Positions 37,722 to 48,206 of a stretch of DNA of 64,000 nucleotides are shown here, piece after piece. This DNA is from Minisyncoccia bacterium (GTDB lineage Bacteria; Patescibacteriota; Minisyncoccia; Phycocordibacterales; Phycocordibacteraceae). Within the stretch, counting starts at the first letter, position 1. Each line of letters starts with the position of its first letter. Made by a program: the position numbers and the translations under genes. The stretch spans positions 35,200 through 99,199 of the forward strand of contig JBBQUV010000001.1 in NCBI GenBank assembly GCA_038212075.1, read 5' to 3'. Below the pieces are notes generated by a model. The model was not told the DNA's origin. It ran no database searches and saw only the letters and a list, made by a program, of their open reading frames with translations.

Positions 37722-38195
37722 ATGAAAAAATTCTTCCTCTCATTCGTATTCCTGTTTGCCTTCGGTGCCTATGCGCTTTGGGCATCACAAAACCCTACGA
37801 GCGCTGATACTGTTACAGCGCAAACGACTCCAGTAACTGACCCGGTCACCATACCTATCAATACTCCAGCCACGCCAGTTATAACTCCCATCACTCCGGT
37901 GGCAACAGGAAAATATAAGGATGGTGCCTACACGGGAAGCGTCGCGGATGCGTATTACGGATATATTCAAGTGGAAGCAACGGTGAAAAACGGTGCACTT
38001 GCGGACGTTACTTTTCTTCAATATCCAAACGACCAACGCCAATCGCAATTTATAAACGAGCAAGCGATGCCCTTCTTAAAGAAAGAAGCACTTCAAGCAC
38101 AAAGTGCAAACGTGAGTGGTGTATCGGGCGCAAGCGATACCAGCATAGCGTTTCGCGAGTCGCTTGCCTCAGCACTCGCAAAAGCACACGTATAA
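37722..38195 (+). CDS. Extracellular FMN-binding (flavinylated) protein
   Basis: YKDGAYTG, YGYIQV and VSGAS flavinylation motif. Confidence 0.9.
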   Translation: MKKFFLSFVFLFAFGAYALWASQNPTSADTVTAQTTPVTDPVTIPINTPATPVITPITPVATGKYKDGAYTGSVADAYYGYIQVEATVKNGALADVTFLQYPNDQRQSQFINEQAMPFLKKEALQAQSANVSGVSGASDTSIAFRESLASALAKAHV

Positions 38196-38198
38196 GGT

Positions 38199-38945
38199 AT
38201 GCGAGAAATACGCGACATCATGGGAACGCCTGTGTCGGTTGAAATTGTTGACGTGCGCGCAACAAAGGAGCACTACGAACGGGTGTTTGCATATTTTCGT
38301 TCCATCGATGAACAGTTCAGTACCTATAAACAGGGAAGCGAAATTTCTAAAATCAATCGCGGAGACATTCAGTCGGCTGAGTACAGCCGACTGATGAAAG
38401 AAGTGTTTGAAAAAGCAGAAAACACCAAACAAGAAACAGCTGGTTATTTTGATATCGCCACGCCATCGGGCGCTATTGACCCTTCTGGGCTCGTGAAGGG
38501 TTGGGCGGTACAGAATGCGGCAGAACTCATTCGCGCCATGGGCTTTGATAATTTTTACGTAGAAGCGGGTGGTGATATTCAAACATCGGGTGTTTCGCAA
38601 GACGGTACACCGTGGTCACTTGGTATTAGAAACCCATTTACTCAAACCGAAATTGTAAAGGTGGTGTATCCAAAGGGGCGTGGTGTTGCAACGTCTGGCA
38701 CCTATATTCGCGGCGAACATATGTATGATCCTCATACTGGTATAGAACCCATGCACGACATAGTGAGCTTTACGGTGATTGGTCCAAACGTGTACGAAGC
38801 TGATCGGTTTGCAACCGCCGCGTTTGTAATGGGTACACGTGGCATTGAATTTGTTGAAAATCGCATCGGTTTTGAAGGGTATGCTATTCATCTTGATAAA
38901 ACAGCAACCGTAACCAGTGGATTTGAGACGTATACAACGCCATGA
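38199..38945 (+). CDS. apbE: FAD:protein FMN transferase
   Basis: MGT, FSTYKQGSEISKIN, DPSGLVKGWA, EAGGDI, VATSGTY, ADRFATA. Confidence 0.92.
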   Translation: MREIRDIMGTPVSVEIVDVRATKEHYERVFAYFRSIDEQFSTYKQGSEISKINRGDIQSAEYSRLMKEVFEKAENTKQETAGYFDIATPSGAIDPSGLVKGWAVQNAAELIRAMGFDNFYVEAGGDIQTSGVSQDGTPWSLGIRNPFTQTEIVKVVYPKGRGVATSGTYIRGEHMYDPHTGIEPMHDIVSFTVIGPNVYEADRFATAAFVMGTRGIEFVENRIGFEGYAIHLDKTATVTSGFETYTTP

Positions 38946-40406
38946 TTACGGTTATTGATTCCATTCTAAATCGCATAACGATGTATCGGCTCGTGCTGTA
39001 CGAACTTTTATTTCTCGTTGCGAGCGCATGCGCGCTTGGTTTCTTTGGGGTTATAGCGTATAGCCCAGCGGCACTTCTATATTCGGGCGGTGTTATTTTC
39101 TTTACGGCATGGATAGCAAATGAAATCTTTGCGTATTTTTTTGACGCGCCAAGTAATCCTGAATCAACGTATCTGACCGCGCTGATTTTAGTGCTTATTA
39201 TTACGCCTCCACACACGCTGTATGACATAGCGTTCCTGAGTATCGCAATTCCTGCCGCGCTACTTGCTGTTGCCTCAAAGTACGTAGTTGCTATTCACAA
39301 AAAACATATTTTCAACCCAGCGGCATTCGGCGTTGCAGGAACAGCACTTCTGCTTGGCAGTGCGGCAAGTTGGTGGATTGGAACACCATGGATGATTCCT
39401 TCCGTGCTTGTTGGTGGGCTTCTTGTTGTGCGTAAATTGCGCCGCTTTGATTTATTTTTTGCATACCTCGCCGCATTTCTCGTGGGACTTTTTGCGTTCA
39501 ACTATCAGAAAAGTCTTTATCTTATTGCCACCATCACCATTCCGCACGCGCTCTTCTATGCTCCAGTGTTCTTCTTTGCAACCGTAATGCTCACCGAACC
39601 ACTTACGATGCCGCATACGAAGTGGTTGCGTGTTGCGTATGGGGCACTTATTGGACTTCTGTTTGTGCCACAAGTACATATTGGCTCGTGGTACTTAACG
39701 CCGGAACTAGCACTTCTCTTTGGAAACGTCTTTGCCTACATAGTAAGTCCGAAGGAAAAACTGATATTGACGCTTTTAAAGAAAATTCGTATTTCGCATT
39801 CGGTATATGAGTTTGTGTTTGCAAACCCGTACCCACTTCTTTTTTCAGCAGGGCAATATTTAGAGTGGACACTGCCGCACACAAGCCCCGATGCTCAAGG
39901 ACATCCGGCTTGGCGTGAAATTTTATGAACCATCGAGCACGTTTAAAAAACAACTGTTTGGAATGAAAACAGGAGCCCGCGTGGTGGCCTCACAGCTTTC
40001 CGGCGATTTTACTTTACCTAAAGACACAAACGAAAAACTGGTATTCATCGCAGGCGGTATTGGCGTAACACCGTTTAGAAGTATGGTGCGGCATTTGCTC
40101 GATACTGGTGAAAAGCGAGACATTGTTATGCTGTATGCCAATAGAATCAGTAGCGATGTTGCGTATCGGGAAGTGTTTCAAGAAGCGGAGCGCGTTTTTG
40201 GAACAAAAACAGTGTATGTTTCGGGCGATGGTAACCCATCACGCATTGACGCGGCACTCATTATGCATGAAGTCCCAGATTTTAGTGAACGTATGTTCTA
40301 TATTTCAGGCCCTCAAGCAATGGTAACCAGCATGGCACACACGCTGATCGATATGGGTATCCATCGTTCTCGTATCAAAAAAGATTACTTCCCTGGATTT
40401 GCGTAA
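38942..40406 (+). pseudogene. RnfD/NqrB-like membrane domain fused to ferredoxin-NAD(P) reductase, split by a frameshifting deletion near 39896
   Basis: HIFNPAA, MLTEPLT, AGQYLEWTLPH in frame 1; KDIRLGVKF, IAGGIGVTPFRSM, YISGP in frame 2. Confidence 0.8.
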
Positions 40407-40451
40407 AAGACGGAGATAGTGCATCCGCCCACGCCAAGTTATACTCCGCGT

Positions 40452-40718
40452 ATGGACGACTTCTTGAAGATGGATATTTTCTTTTTTGTGGCGACCGTTG
40501 CTGTCGTTGTGGTAAGCGCCTGTGCCGCTCTTGTGCTTTGGCGGCTTCAAAGAATTCTCAGACACATTGAGCATATTTCAGGACAAATTTCTGCGGAGAG
40601 TGAAGCTATTCGACTTGATATTGCCGATATGCGTACTGACGTGCGTTCCAAGGGATTGATACGCTCTCTTTCTCATTTTTTGATAAAAGCAAAAAAGCGA
40701 TCAGATGAAGCATCTTAA
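40452..40718 (+). CDS. Small membrane protein
   Basis: KMDIFFFVATVAVV TM helix plus coiled coil; TATACT 6 nt before ATG. Confidence 0.7.
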   Translation: MDDFLKMDIFFFVATVAVVVVSACAALVLWRLQRILRHIEHISGQISAESEAIRLDIADMRTDVRSKGLIRSLSHFLIKAKKRSDEAS

Positions 40719-40754
40719 TGTAATGTTCATGATGGGGCGTGTAGGATAGAGCAT

Positions 40755-41141
40755 ATGACAAAAAATAAAAAGAATCAGGATGTCGTTAGGGCGGCGGAAA
40801 TAGGGGCTGGTATTGTTGCTATTGGGGCGGCCGCGGCGGCGGGATACTATTTTTATGCAACTAAGGATGCAAAAACGCATAGAAAAGAGCTATCGTCATG
40901 GGCGTCGGGTTTAAAGAAAGAAGTTATACGAGAAGTAAAAAAACTTAAAACAATGGATGCAGAATCTGTTGCGCACGCCATTGATTCCGCTGTTGCAACT
41001 TATGAAGGTGTGCGTTCTATTAAGCGAGCAGATGTGAACCGTGCCGCCCGTGAACTTAAAACAAACTGGCAGAAAGTTAAACAGGAAGCGGTGAAGGACG
41101 CGCCAAAACGTCGAACACCCGCAAAAGCAAAAAAGAAGTAA
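40755..41141 (+). CDS. Hypothetical protein
   Basis: AAAAAGYYFY hydrophobic segment and Lys-rich helix. Confidence 0.75.
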   Translation: MTKNKKNQDVVRAAEIGAGIVAIGAAAAAGYYFYATKDAKTHRKELSSWASGLKKEVIREVKKLKTMDAESVAHAIDSAVATYEGVRSIKRADVNRAARELKTNWQKVKQEAVKDAPKRRTPAKAKKK

Positions 41142-41188
41142 TACACGGACCTTTTCGAGTTCTGCGACGCTTTGGTATACTAAAAGAC

Positions 41189-42241
41189 GTGAATCGCATT
41201 TTTGCCGTACTCCTCCTCCTTACGCCCCTTGCGGTTGTTGCTGAATACCTGGGGTGGTCGCCTCTTGCTATCTTCCTTATATCTGCCGTGGCAATTATTC
41301 CGATTGCCAAATATATTGGGGACGCGACCGAAGAGCTTGCCGCCCGCGCAGGACCCGCAGTGGGAGGACTTCTGAATGCAACCTTTGGAAACGCCACCGA
41401 GCTCATCATTGGCTTGTTCGCCCTTCAAGCAGGACTTGTGGAAGTGGTGAAGGCGTCTATTACCGGTTCCATCATTGGCAACTTGTTGTTTGTGCTTGGA
41501 ACAGCAATGCTCGTGGGTGGGTGGGGAAGAGAACGTCAGCACTTTAATGCAACCGGCGCAAAGGCGCAGGGCTCAATGCTTCTTCTGGCGACAACGGCGC
41601 TGGTTATTCCGGCAATTTTTGTGTTTACTGCCGACGGTGGAAGCGACGTTACGGTTGAATACCTTTCTATCTTTGTTGCCGCGCTGATGATCTTGGGATA
41701 TTTCGCCAGCTTGTTGTTTACGCTCCACACCCACAAGCATTTGTTTTTGTATCAAGAAGAAGAACGCGTGACCGCTCCACACTGGAGTCTAACTAAAAGT
41801 CTTGTGGTGCTTTTTTTCGCCACTATTGGTGCCGCTGTGGTGAGCGAAATACTGGTCGGTGCCATTCGCCCCTTGATTGAGATTTTTGGGTGGACGGAGT
41901 TGTTCATCGGTGTAATCGTCGTTGCTATTGTTGGCAATGCCGCCGAGCACCTTTCTGCGATTACTGCGGCGAAAAAAGGACGCATGGACCTTGCACTTCA
42001 AATTTCTATTGGTTCGGCGTCGCAAATCGTGATGTTTGTCGCGCCGGTATTGGTACTGGTAAGCCTCTTTTTCGTACAGCCGATGAATCTTATTTTCAAT
42101 CTGTTTGAAATCATTGCTATTATTTTTGCGGTGTTTGTTACCAACTCCGTTATTGAAGACGGTGAGAGTACGTGGTTTGAAGGTTCGCAACTTTTAATCG
42201 CCTACGTGATTATGGCTGTAGCATTCTTTTTCCACCCATAA
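41189..42241 (+). CDS. Ca2+/H+ antiporter (CAX/ChaA family)
   Basis: GGLLNATFGNATELI, GSIIGNLL, GNAAEH, GSASQI. Confidence 0.93.
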   Translation: MNRIFAVLLLLTPLAVVAEYLGWSPLAIFLISAVAIIPIAKYIGDATEELAARAGPAVGGLLNATFGNATELIIGLFALQAGLVEVVKASITGSIIGNLLFVLGTAMLVGGWGRERQHFNATGAKAQGSMLLLATTALVIPAIFVFTADGGSDVTVEYLSIFVAALMILGYFASLLFTLHTHKHLFLYQEEERVTAPHWSLTKSLVVLFFATIGAAVVSEILVGAIRPLIEIFGWTELFIGVIVVAIVGNAAEHLSAITAAKKGRMDLALQISIGSASQIVMFVAPVLVLVSLFFVQPMNLIFNLFEIIAIIFAVFVTNSVIEDGESTWFEGSQLLIAYVIMAVAFFFHP

Positions 42242-42244
42242 CCT

Positions 42245-44164
42245 ATGAGGGCTCTTGTTCACCATTCAAGTAAAAGTGTCCGACGCATACACGCGTTGAA
42301 AATGGTTGAATCATTTTTTGATGACTCGCTCGGTTCCGAATCGCGCCGTGCATGGGTTGTTCTCATTGCTATCGCGATTACGCTTATCGCGTATCTTTTT
42401 GTACCGACACTAAAACCCCTTTTGTATGTGGTCGCGATTATTGGCGTCCTTCCAACCGCAATTGAGGCGGTGCGCTCTACTGGTGAGGCGCGTATTTCCA
42501 TAGATACATTTAATGCGTTTGCGGTGGCGGCGTCACTGCTTGCTGGCCAACCTTCTTCTGCGGCGTTTATTGACTTGATGCTCTTATCGGCGTCACTTCT
42601 TGATATTTTCACCACTCAGCGTTCAAATCGCGCAACAGAAAAACTGCTTCGTATGAAGCCAACGCGCGCCACGCGAGAAACGTCTGCGGGTGCACTTGAA
42701 GACGTTCGTGTCGCTGAGCTTCGTACTGGTGACGTCGTAGTAGTGAAGGGTGGCGATCAAGTTCCTGTAGACGGTGTCATTACGTTTGGGGAAGGTTCAT
42801 TTAACGAAGCTTCACTCACGGGAGAATCTGCGCTTGTACACAAGCGCATTGGCGATCATGTGGTGAGCGGTACGTTAAATGAATCAGGAACCGTAAAAGT
42901 TCGCGCAACCGCCGTGGGCAAAGACTCCACGATTGAACGAATGGCAGAACTTATTCATTCCGCCGGTACGAATAAATCAAGCCCGGAACGTCTTGCCGAC
43001 AAATTCGCTGGTATCTTTTTGCCCGCAGTAGGTCTTGGTGGACTTATTGCATATCTGGTGACCGGAAATTTGACGATGACCATCGCTCTCTTTTTGGTGG
43101 CGTGCGCCGACGACATTGCGGTAGCGATTCCGCTTGCGATTACGGCGGCAATTGGGCAGTCGTCTCGTATGGGTGTGCTTGCAAAGGGCGGGGAACGATT
43201 GGACGAAATGGGGAGTATCACCACGCTCGTGCTTGATAAAACAGGAACGCTTACCTACGGTTCACGAAAAGTGAGTGCGGTAGAAATTGCTGATGGTATT
43301 GAAGAAAAAGAATTTTGGGCAACCGTTGGTGTCGCTGAAAAGTTTTCAGAACAACCAATAGGGCGTGCTCTTTTTGCTGAAGCGTGTGCTCGCGCGGGCG
43401 GCACGTGTCCTGATCCCGATTCATTTGATGCGGTTACCGGAAGCGGCATAAAGGCAAGGGCACATGGTCATGCTGTTATCATTGGCTCTCGAGTATTTCT
43501 CACTAGTTTGAAAATAAAACTTCCTGCTGAAACAGAAGACGCTGGTGGCAGTGCGATTTTCGTTGCGTTTGATAAAAAATACGCCGGCACCATTACGCTT
43601 GCTGATGTTCCGCGCACAGAAGCAAAAGAAGCACTCGCGCGTCTTCGCGCGCTCGGAGTGAAAACAGTAATGTTCACTGGAGATTCAGAACCGGTTGCGC
43701 GCGCAATTGGCGCGGCTCTTGGTATTGATGAAGTGCGTGCGCATATGGCACCTGAAGACAAATTGAAGGGTATTGAAGAACTTATGGCGAAAGGAGAAAA
43801 AGTGGGTGTTGTGGGTGATGGGGTGAATGATGCTCCCGCGCTTGCGCGTGCAGACGTTGGCATCGCTATGGGCGGCACCGGTATGGCGGTAACGGTAGAA
43901 GCGGCAGATATCGTTATTCTTACGGATAATTTGGATCGCATTGCAGACGTGATCACGCTTGCGCGCCGCACTCGCTCCGTGGTGTACGGCGACATGGTTA
44001 TTTGGGTCATTACGAACCTTGTTGGCTTCGCCTTGGTGTTTGCCGGAATTCTTGGACCCGTGCTTGCGGCGGTGTACAACTTCGCCACGGACTTTTTACC
44101 GCTTATGAATTCCGCCCGACTGTTCTCTCGCGGAAGGGTTCCGCACAATACGCGTAAAGCGTAA
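42245..44164 (+). CDS. P1B-type (heavy-metal) P-type ATPase
   Basis: LTGES, DKTGTLT, TGD, GDGVNDAPAL; atypical ACADD TM motif. Confidence 0.9.
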   Translation: MRALVHHSSKSVRRIHALKMVESFFDDSLGSESRRAWVVLIAIAITLIAYLFVPTLKPLLYVVAIIGVLPTAIEAVRSTGEARISIDTFNAFAVAASLLAGQPSSAAFIDLMLLSASLLDIFTTQRSNRATEKLLRMKPTRATRETSAGALEDVRVAELRTGDVVVVKGGDQVPVDGVITFGEGSFNEASLTGESALVHKRIGDHVVSGTLNESGTVKVRATAVGKDSTIERMAELIHSAGTNKSSPERLADKFAGIFLPAVGLGGLIAYLVTGNLTMTIALFLVACADDIAVAIPLAITAAIGQSSRMGVLAKGGERLDEMGSITTLVLDKTGTLTYGSRKVSAVEIADGIEEKEFWATVGVAEKFSEQPIGRALFAEACARAGGTCPDPDSFDAVTGSGIKARAHGHAVIIGSRVFLTSLKIKLPAETEDAGGSAIFVAFDKKYAGTITLADVPRTEAKEALARLRALGVKTVMFTGDSEPVARAIGAALGIDEVRAHMAPEDKLKGIEELMAKGEKVGVVGDGVNDAPALARADVGIAMGGTGMAVTVEAADIVILTDNLDRIADVITLARRTRSVVYGDMVIWVITNLVGFALVFAGILGPVLAAVYNFATDFLPLMNSARLFSRGRVPHNTRKA

Positions 44165-44206
44165 CCGCTGGTCTGCGGGGTTGGTTTATGTTACATTGCG
44201 CCCGCA

Positions 44207-45202
44207 ATGGCTGATTCATACGAATCCCAGCTTATCGACCTGCGTGCGGGCAGGGACGTCTCCTTTTTCGACCTTTTGTCTATAGATCAGCTCACCAAGG
44301 CCGATATACGGCTTATTTTTGAACTTGCCCATGGCTTTAAGGAAGCGGGCACTGCAAAAATGACTCTCTGCAAAGGCCGTTCCCAAGTGAACGCCTTTTT
44401 TGAATCCTCAACACGTACGATGGCAAGTTTTGACCTCGCGGCGAAGAATTTGGGTATGGATACCACCAGCATTTCTTCCACCGGTTCCTCTACAAAAAAA
44501 GGCGAAAGCTTTATTGATACGGTTGAAACGGTTTCGGCATATGGACTTGCAACACTCGTGGTGCGCACCGCGCAGTCAGGCGCACCAGAATTTGCGGCGC
44601 GTCATATTGCCGCGGCGGTGATAAATGCTGGAGACGGATGGCACGAACACCCCACTCAAGGACTTTTGGATGCGATGACGATGCTTGAAGCATTCGGCAC
44701 TAAAGATTTGTCCGGAAAAATTATTACGATAGTAGGTGACATCACGCATTCGCGCGTGTTTGGTTCTCTGGTGCGTATTGTGAAAAAACTCGACGGGAAA
44801 GTGCGTATTGCCGCACCGGAAACATTTCTTCCAGATTTTGTAGAAAAGTTTGGTGTCGCGGTATACACCAACGTTGAAGACGCGCTGAAAGATGCCGATG
44901 TCGTATACGCGCTTCGTGTACAGGAAGAGCGAGGTGCAAAAGGGTACATTCCTACCATGCGTGAGTATTCAAAAACATTTGGTATTTCTGCCGCCCGCCT
45001 TGCACTTGCAAAGCCTACGGCAATTTTGATGCATCCTGGGCCCGTGATGCGCGACATTGATGTGCACTCCGCACTTGTGGCACGGCACCCCCAATCGCGT
45101 ATTTTGGAGCAAGTAAAAAATGGCTTTGCGGTGCGCAAAGCGATTTTGTGGTTGCTTGCTGAACGCTACGACCAAAAAAAGAAAACTTACACCACGATAT
45201 GA
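44207..45202 (+). CDS. pyrB: Aspartate carbamoyltransferase
   Basis: FFESSTRT, KKGES, INAGDGWHEHPTQGLLD, GDITHSRV, RVQEER, MHPGP. Confidence 0.95.
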   Translation: MADSYESQLIDLRAGRDVSFFDLLSIDQLTKADIRLIFELAHGFKEAGTAKMTLCKGRSQVNAFFESSTRTMASFDLAAKNLGMDTTSISSTGSSTKKGESFIDTVETVSAYGLATLVVRTAQSGAPEFAARHIAAAVINAGDGWHEHPTQGLLDAMTMLEAFGTKDLSGKIITIVGDITHSRVFGSLVRIVKKLDGKVRIAAPETFLPDFVEKFGVAVYTNVEDALKDADVVYALRVQEERGAKGYIPTMREYSKTFGISAARLALAKPTAILMHPGPVMRDIDVHSALVARHPQSRILEQVKNGFAVRKAILWLLAERYDQKKKTYTTI

Positions 45203-46491
45203 GCTCACTACTTATTAAAGGAGGGCGCATTGTAGATCCGGCTTCACGCAAGGATACTATTGGTGACATCTTTGTGGTTGACGGTGTTATTCGCAAAATC
45301 GGAAAACTAAAAGAAAAAGCCGACGAAGTAATTAATGCGAAGGGGCTTATTGTTACACCCGGGCTTGTTGATATGCACGTGCATTTTCGTGAACCGGGGC
45401 GTGAAGACCAAGAAACCATTTTAACTGGCTCGCGTGCGGCACTTGCTGGTGGAGTGACTTCGGTTGCTACTATGCCGAACACAAATCCTATTGCTGACAA
45501 CCAAGCGGTCATTGAATTTATGGTGAATCGCGCCAAAGAGCTTCGACTCGTGAATGTGTTTCCGGTTGGTGCGACCACGAAAAAAACAGAAGGTGATTTA
45601 CTTTCGGAAATGTGGGAAATGAAGCGTTCGGGCGCCGTCGCCGTTACGGACGACGGTGTGGACGTGGAGAACGGAGGACTTCTTTTGAAAGCACTTGAAT
45701 ATGCAAAAACGCACGATTTGTTGGTGATGAGTCACTGCGAGACAGAAGAACTTGCTGATGGTGGAGTAATGCATGAAGGATGGGTTTCAACCGACATGGG
45801 ACTTCCTGGATTGCCCGAAGTTGCGGAAGATTTGGCGGCGCATAAAAGCATTTTGCTCGCGCGCCGAAGCGGCGCGCGCGTGCATCTTACGCACCTTTCA
45901 ACAAAAGGTGCCGTGATGGCAGTACGTGATGCAAAAAAATCAGGAATGAAAAACGTGACTGCAGATGTTTCTATACAGCACGCCGTGCTTACAGACGAGG
46001 AATGTCGCGGATACAATACGAATGCGAAGATGTATCCGCCGCTCCGCTCCGACGATCACGTGAAAGCGATTGTCGCAGGTATCAAAAATGGCACGGTAGA
46101 TGCGATTACCACTGACCACGCGCCGCACATTGAACCAGATAAAATTAAACCGTTTGTAGATGCGGCGCGTGGTACGGTGGGGCTTGAAACGAGCTTTGCG
46201 GCACTCTACACGTATTTGGTAAAACCAAAACACATTACGTTGTCCGAAGGTATTGCACTTATGACCTACAAACCTGCCCGTATTCTTGGGCAGAAAAAAG
46301 GAACACTTGCGGTGGGCGCAGACGCGGATATCGCACTATTTGATATTAAGAAAGAATGGAAGGTAGACCCCACGAAGTTTTATTCCAAAGGCAAAAACTC
46401 TGTGTTTGCAGGGAAGAAGCTTATCGGAAAAGCAGTGCACACCATCGTCGCTGGAGAAATAAAAATGAAAGACGGCAAGGTGCTATCCTAA
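45199..46491 (+). CDS. pyrC: Dihydroorotase
   Basis: DMHVHFREPG, MPNT, KMYPPLR, TDHAPH. Confidence 0.95.
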   Translation: MSSLLIKGGRIVDPASRKDTIGDIFVVDGVIRKIGKLKEKADEVINAKGLIVTPGLVDMHVHFREPGREDQETILTGSRAALAGGVTSVATMPNTNPIADNQAVIEFMVNRAKELRLVNVFPVGATTKKTEGDLLSEMWEMKRSGAVAVTDDGVDVENGGLLLKALEYAKTHDLLVMSHCETEELADGGVMHEGWVSTDMGLPGLPEVAEDLAAHKSILLARRSGARVHLTHLSTKGAVMAVRDAKKSGMKNVTADVSIQHAVLTDEECRGYNTNAKMYPPLRSDDHVKAIVAGIKNGTVDAITTDHAPHIEPDKIKPFVDAARGTVGLETSFAALYTYLVKPKHITLSEGIALMTYKPARILGQKKGTLAVGADADIALFDIKKEWKVDPTKFYSKGKNSVFAGKKLIGKAVHTIVAGEIKMKDGKVLS

Positions 46492-46495
46492 CCAT

Positions 46496-47572
46496 ATGCT
46501 TGGAGCGCCTTTCTTTGACCCGCTCAAAACCTATTACGAGAATTGGGAGAAAGGACCATTTAATGGATTTGCCGATGGCGTAGTGCTTGATGAAGGTCCT
46601 GCGCTTTTTGATTTTCTTGGTGGACGCATTTCGTATCCGCTTGGTATTCCTGCGGGACCGCTTTTGAACGGAAAGTTTGTAAAAGCGGCGATGGATAAGG
46701 GTTGGACGGTGCCGGTGCATAAAACGGTGCGTACGCGTACGCGAAAATGCAATGAATGGCCGAACGTTCTTGGGGTGAAAGATTTGCCCGGCGACCTTAC
46801 TCTTGAACGTGCGAAAGAACCTCTTGTGGTTACGAATGAATACAGCGAACCACTTTCCATAACGAATTCTTTTGGAAATCCTTCATACGAACCGGAAGTG
46901 TGGATGAAAGATTTAGAAGAGTGTATTTCGTATGCTCGCCCGGGAGAGCTCGTGATGTGCTCGCTTGAAGGAACAAAATGGGACGAAAACTGGACGACGG
47001 AAGAATATGTAAACGATTGGGCAAGTGGAATGCAGATGTTGAAGTCCGCGGGAGTGAAAGTGGTAGAAGCAAACTTGAGCTGTCCGAACGAAGGCGCGGC
47101 AAGTTTGCTTTGCTTTGACGTACCAAAGGTAAAAATGATTGCAATGGCAATCAAAGAGAAAATAGGTGATACACCACTTGTTATAAAAATCGCGTACTTC
47201 GGCGAAGACGAACTTCGAGAGCTTGTGAAAGAAGTGGGGAACATTGTGGACGGTTTTTCTGCAATCAATACCATTCCTGCTCCCGTAGTGAACCCAGATG
47301 GCACGCAAGCGCTTATTGGCGAGCACCGCGTTAAAAGTGGCATTTGTGGACACGCGGTGAAGTGGGCGGGCGTAGACATGGTTCGTCGTCTTGCAGTACT
47401 CCGCAAGGAATTTCATATGGGCTACGGCATTATCGGTTCTGGCGGCGTCACCGTGCCTGAAGATTTTCGTGAGTACCGCGATGCGGGTGCGGATGTAGTG
47501 ATGAGTGCAACGGGTGCCATGTGGAATCCGTATCTCGCTAAAGAAATTAAAGCGATGTATCCAAATGGCTAA
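46496..47572 (+). CDS. pyrD: Dihydroorotate dehydrogenase (class 1-like)
   Basis: GIPAGP, ITNSFG, ANLSCPN, AINT, IIGSGGV; pyr context. Confidence 0.75.
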   Translation: MLGAPFFDPLKTYYENWEKGPFNGFADGVVLDEGPALFDFLGGRISYPLGIPAGPLLNGKFVKAAMDKGWTVPVHKTVRTRTRKCNEWPNVLGVKDLPGDLTLERAKEPLVVTNEYSEPLSITNSFGNPSYEPEVWMKDLEECISYARPGELVMCSLEGTKWDENWTTEEYVNDWASGMQMLKSAGVKVVEANLSCPNEGAASLLCFDVPKVKMIAMAIKEKIGDTPLVIKIAYFGEDELRELVKEVGNIVDGFSAINTIPAPVVNPDGTQALIGEHRVKSGICGHAVKWAGVDMVRRLAVLRKEFHMGYGIIGSGGVTVPEDFREYRDAGADVVMSATGAMWNPYLAKEIKAMYPNG

Positions 47573-48206
47573 TATGGAAACGGCACGCGAAGTCGCACGA
47601 GCACTCATTGCTATCGGCGCTATTGGATTTAGTGTTGATAAGCCAGTTACATTTGCTTCTGGCATCGTTGCTCCTGTATATGTTGATAATCGTAAATTTC
47701 CTTTTCATCCTGCAGAATGGACAAGGATAATAAATGGATTTGCGGATTTACTAAAAAAAGAAAATCTTTCTGTAGAGGTGATTGCGGGGGTAGAAGCGGC
47801 GGGTATTCCGCATAGTGCGGCGCTTGGATTCCATACCAATACGCCTTCCGTATTTATACGAAAAAAACCAAAAGGCTACGGGATGAATAAATTAGTCGAG
47901 GGTGGAAACGTTTCGGGAAAAAAAGTTGTTCTCGTTGAAGACCTTGTTACTACCGGCGGAAGTAGCTTGAATGCAGTCAGGGCACTTCAAGATGAGGGAG
48001 CAAAAGTAACGGACGTAATCGTCATCGTGACTTACGGCTTTCCTGAATCAGTAGAGGCATTCAAAAATGCAAATGTAACGCTACACTCTCTGACAAGTTT
48101 TCCTATCATTCTTGAAGAAGCACAAAAGCTTGGAAAGCTTTCTTCCGAAGACGCACAGATCATTGAAGCGTGGGCCCAGAACCCCCATCATTGGCGAGAA
48201 GCATGA
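47565..48206 (+). CDS. pyrE: Orotate phosphoribosyltransferase
   Basis: FASGIVAPVYVDNR, RKKPKGYG, VEDLVTTGGS. Confidence 0.95.
   Translation: MANMETAREVARALIAIGAIGFSVDKPVTFASGIVAPVYVDNRKFPFHPAEWTRIINGFADLLKKENLSVEVIAGVEAAGIPHSAALGFHTNTPSVFIRKKPKGYGMNKLVEGGNVSGKKVVLVEDLVTTGGSSLNAVRALQDEGAKVTDVIVIVTYGFPESVEAFKNANVTLHSLTSFPIILEEAQKLGKLSSEDAQIIEAWAQNPHHWREA

Noticed and set aside
39880-39930. Programmed ribosomal frameshift in the RnfD-like gene
   Set aside because: No slippery heptamer at the junction, and conserved residues are missing from both frames, indicating a deletion.
46534-47665. Long minus-strand ORFs (290 and 250 aa)
   Set aside because: Antisense to pyrD and pyrE; shadow frames.
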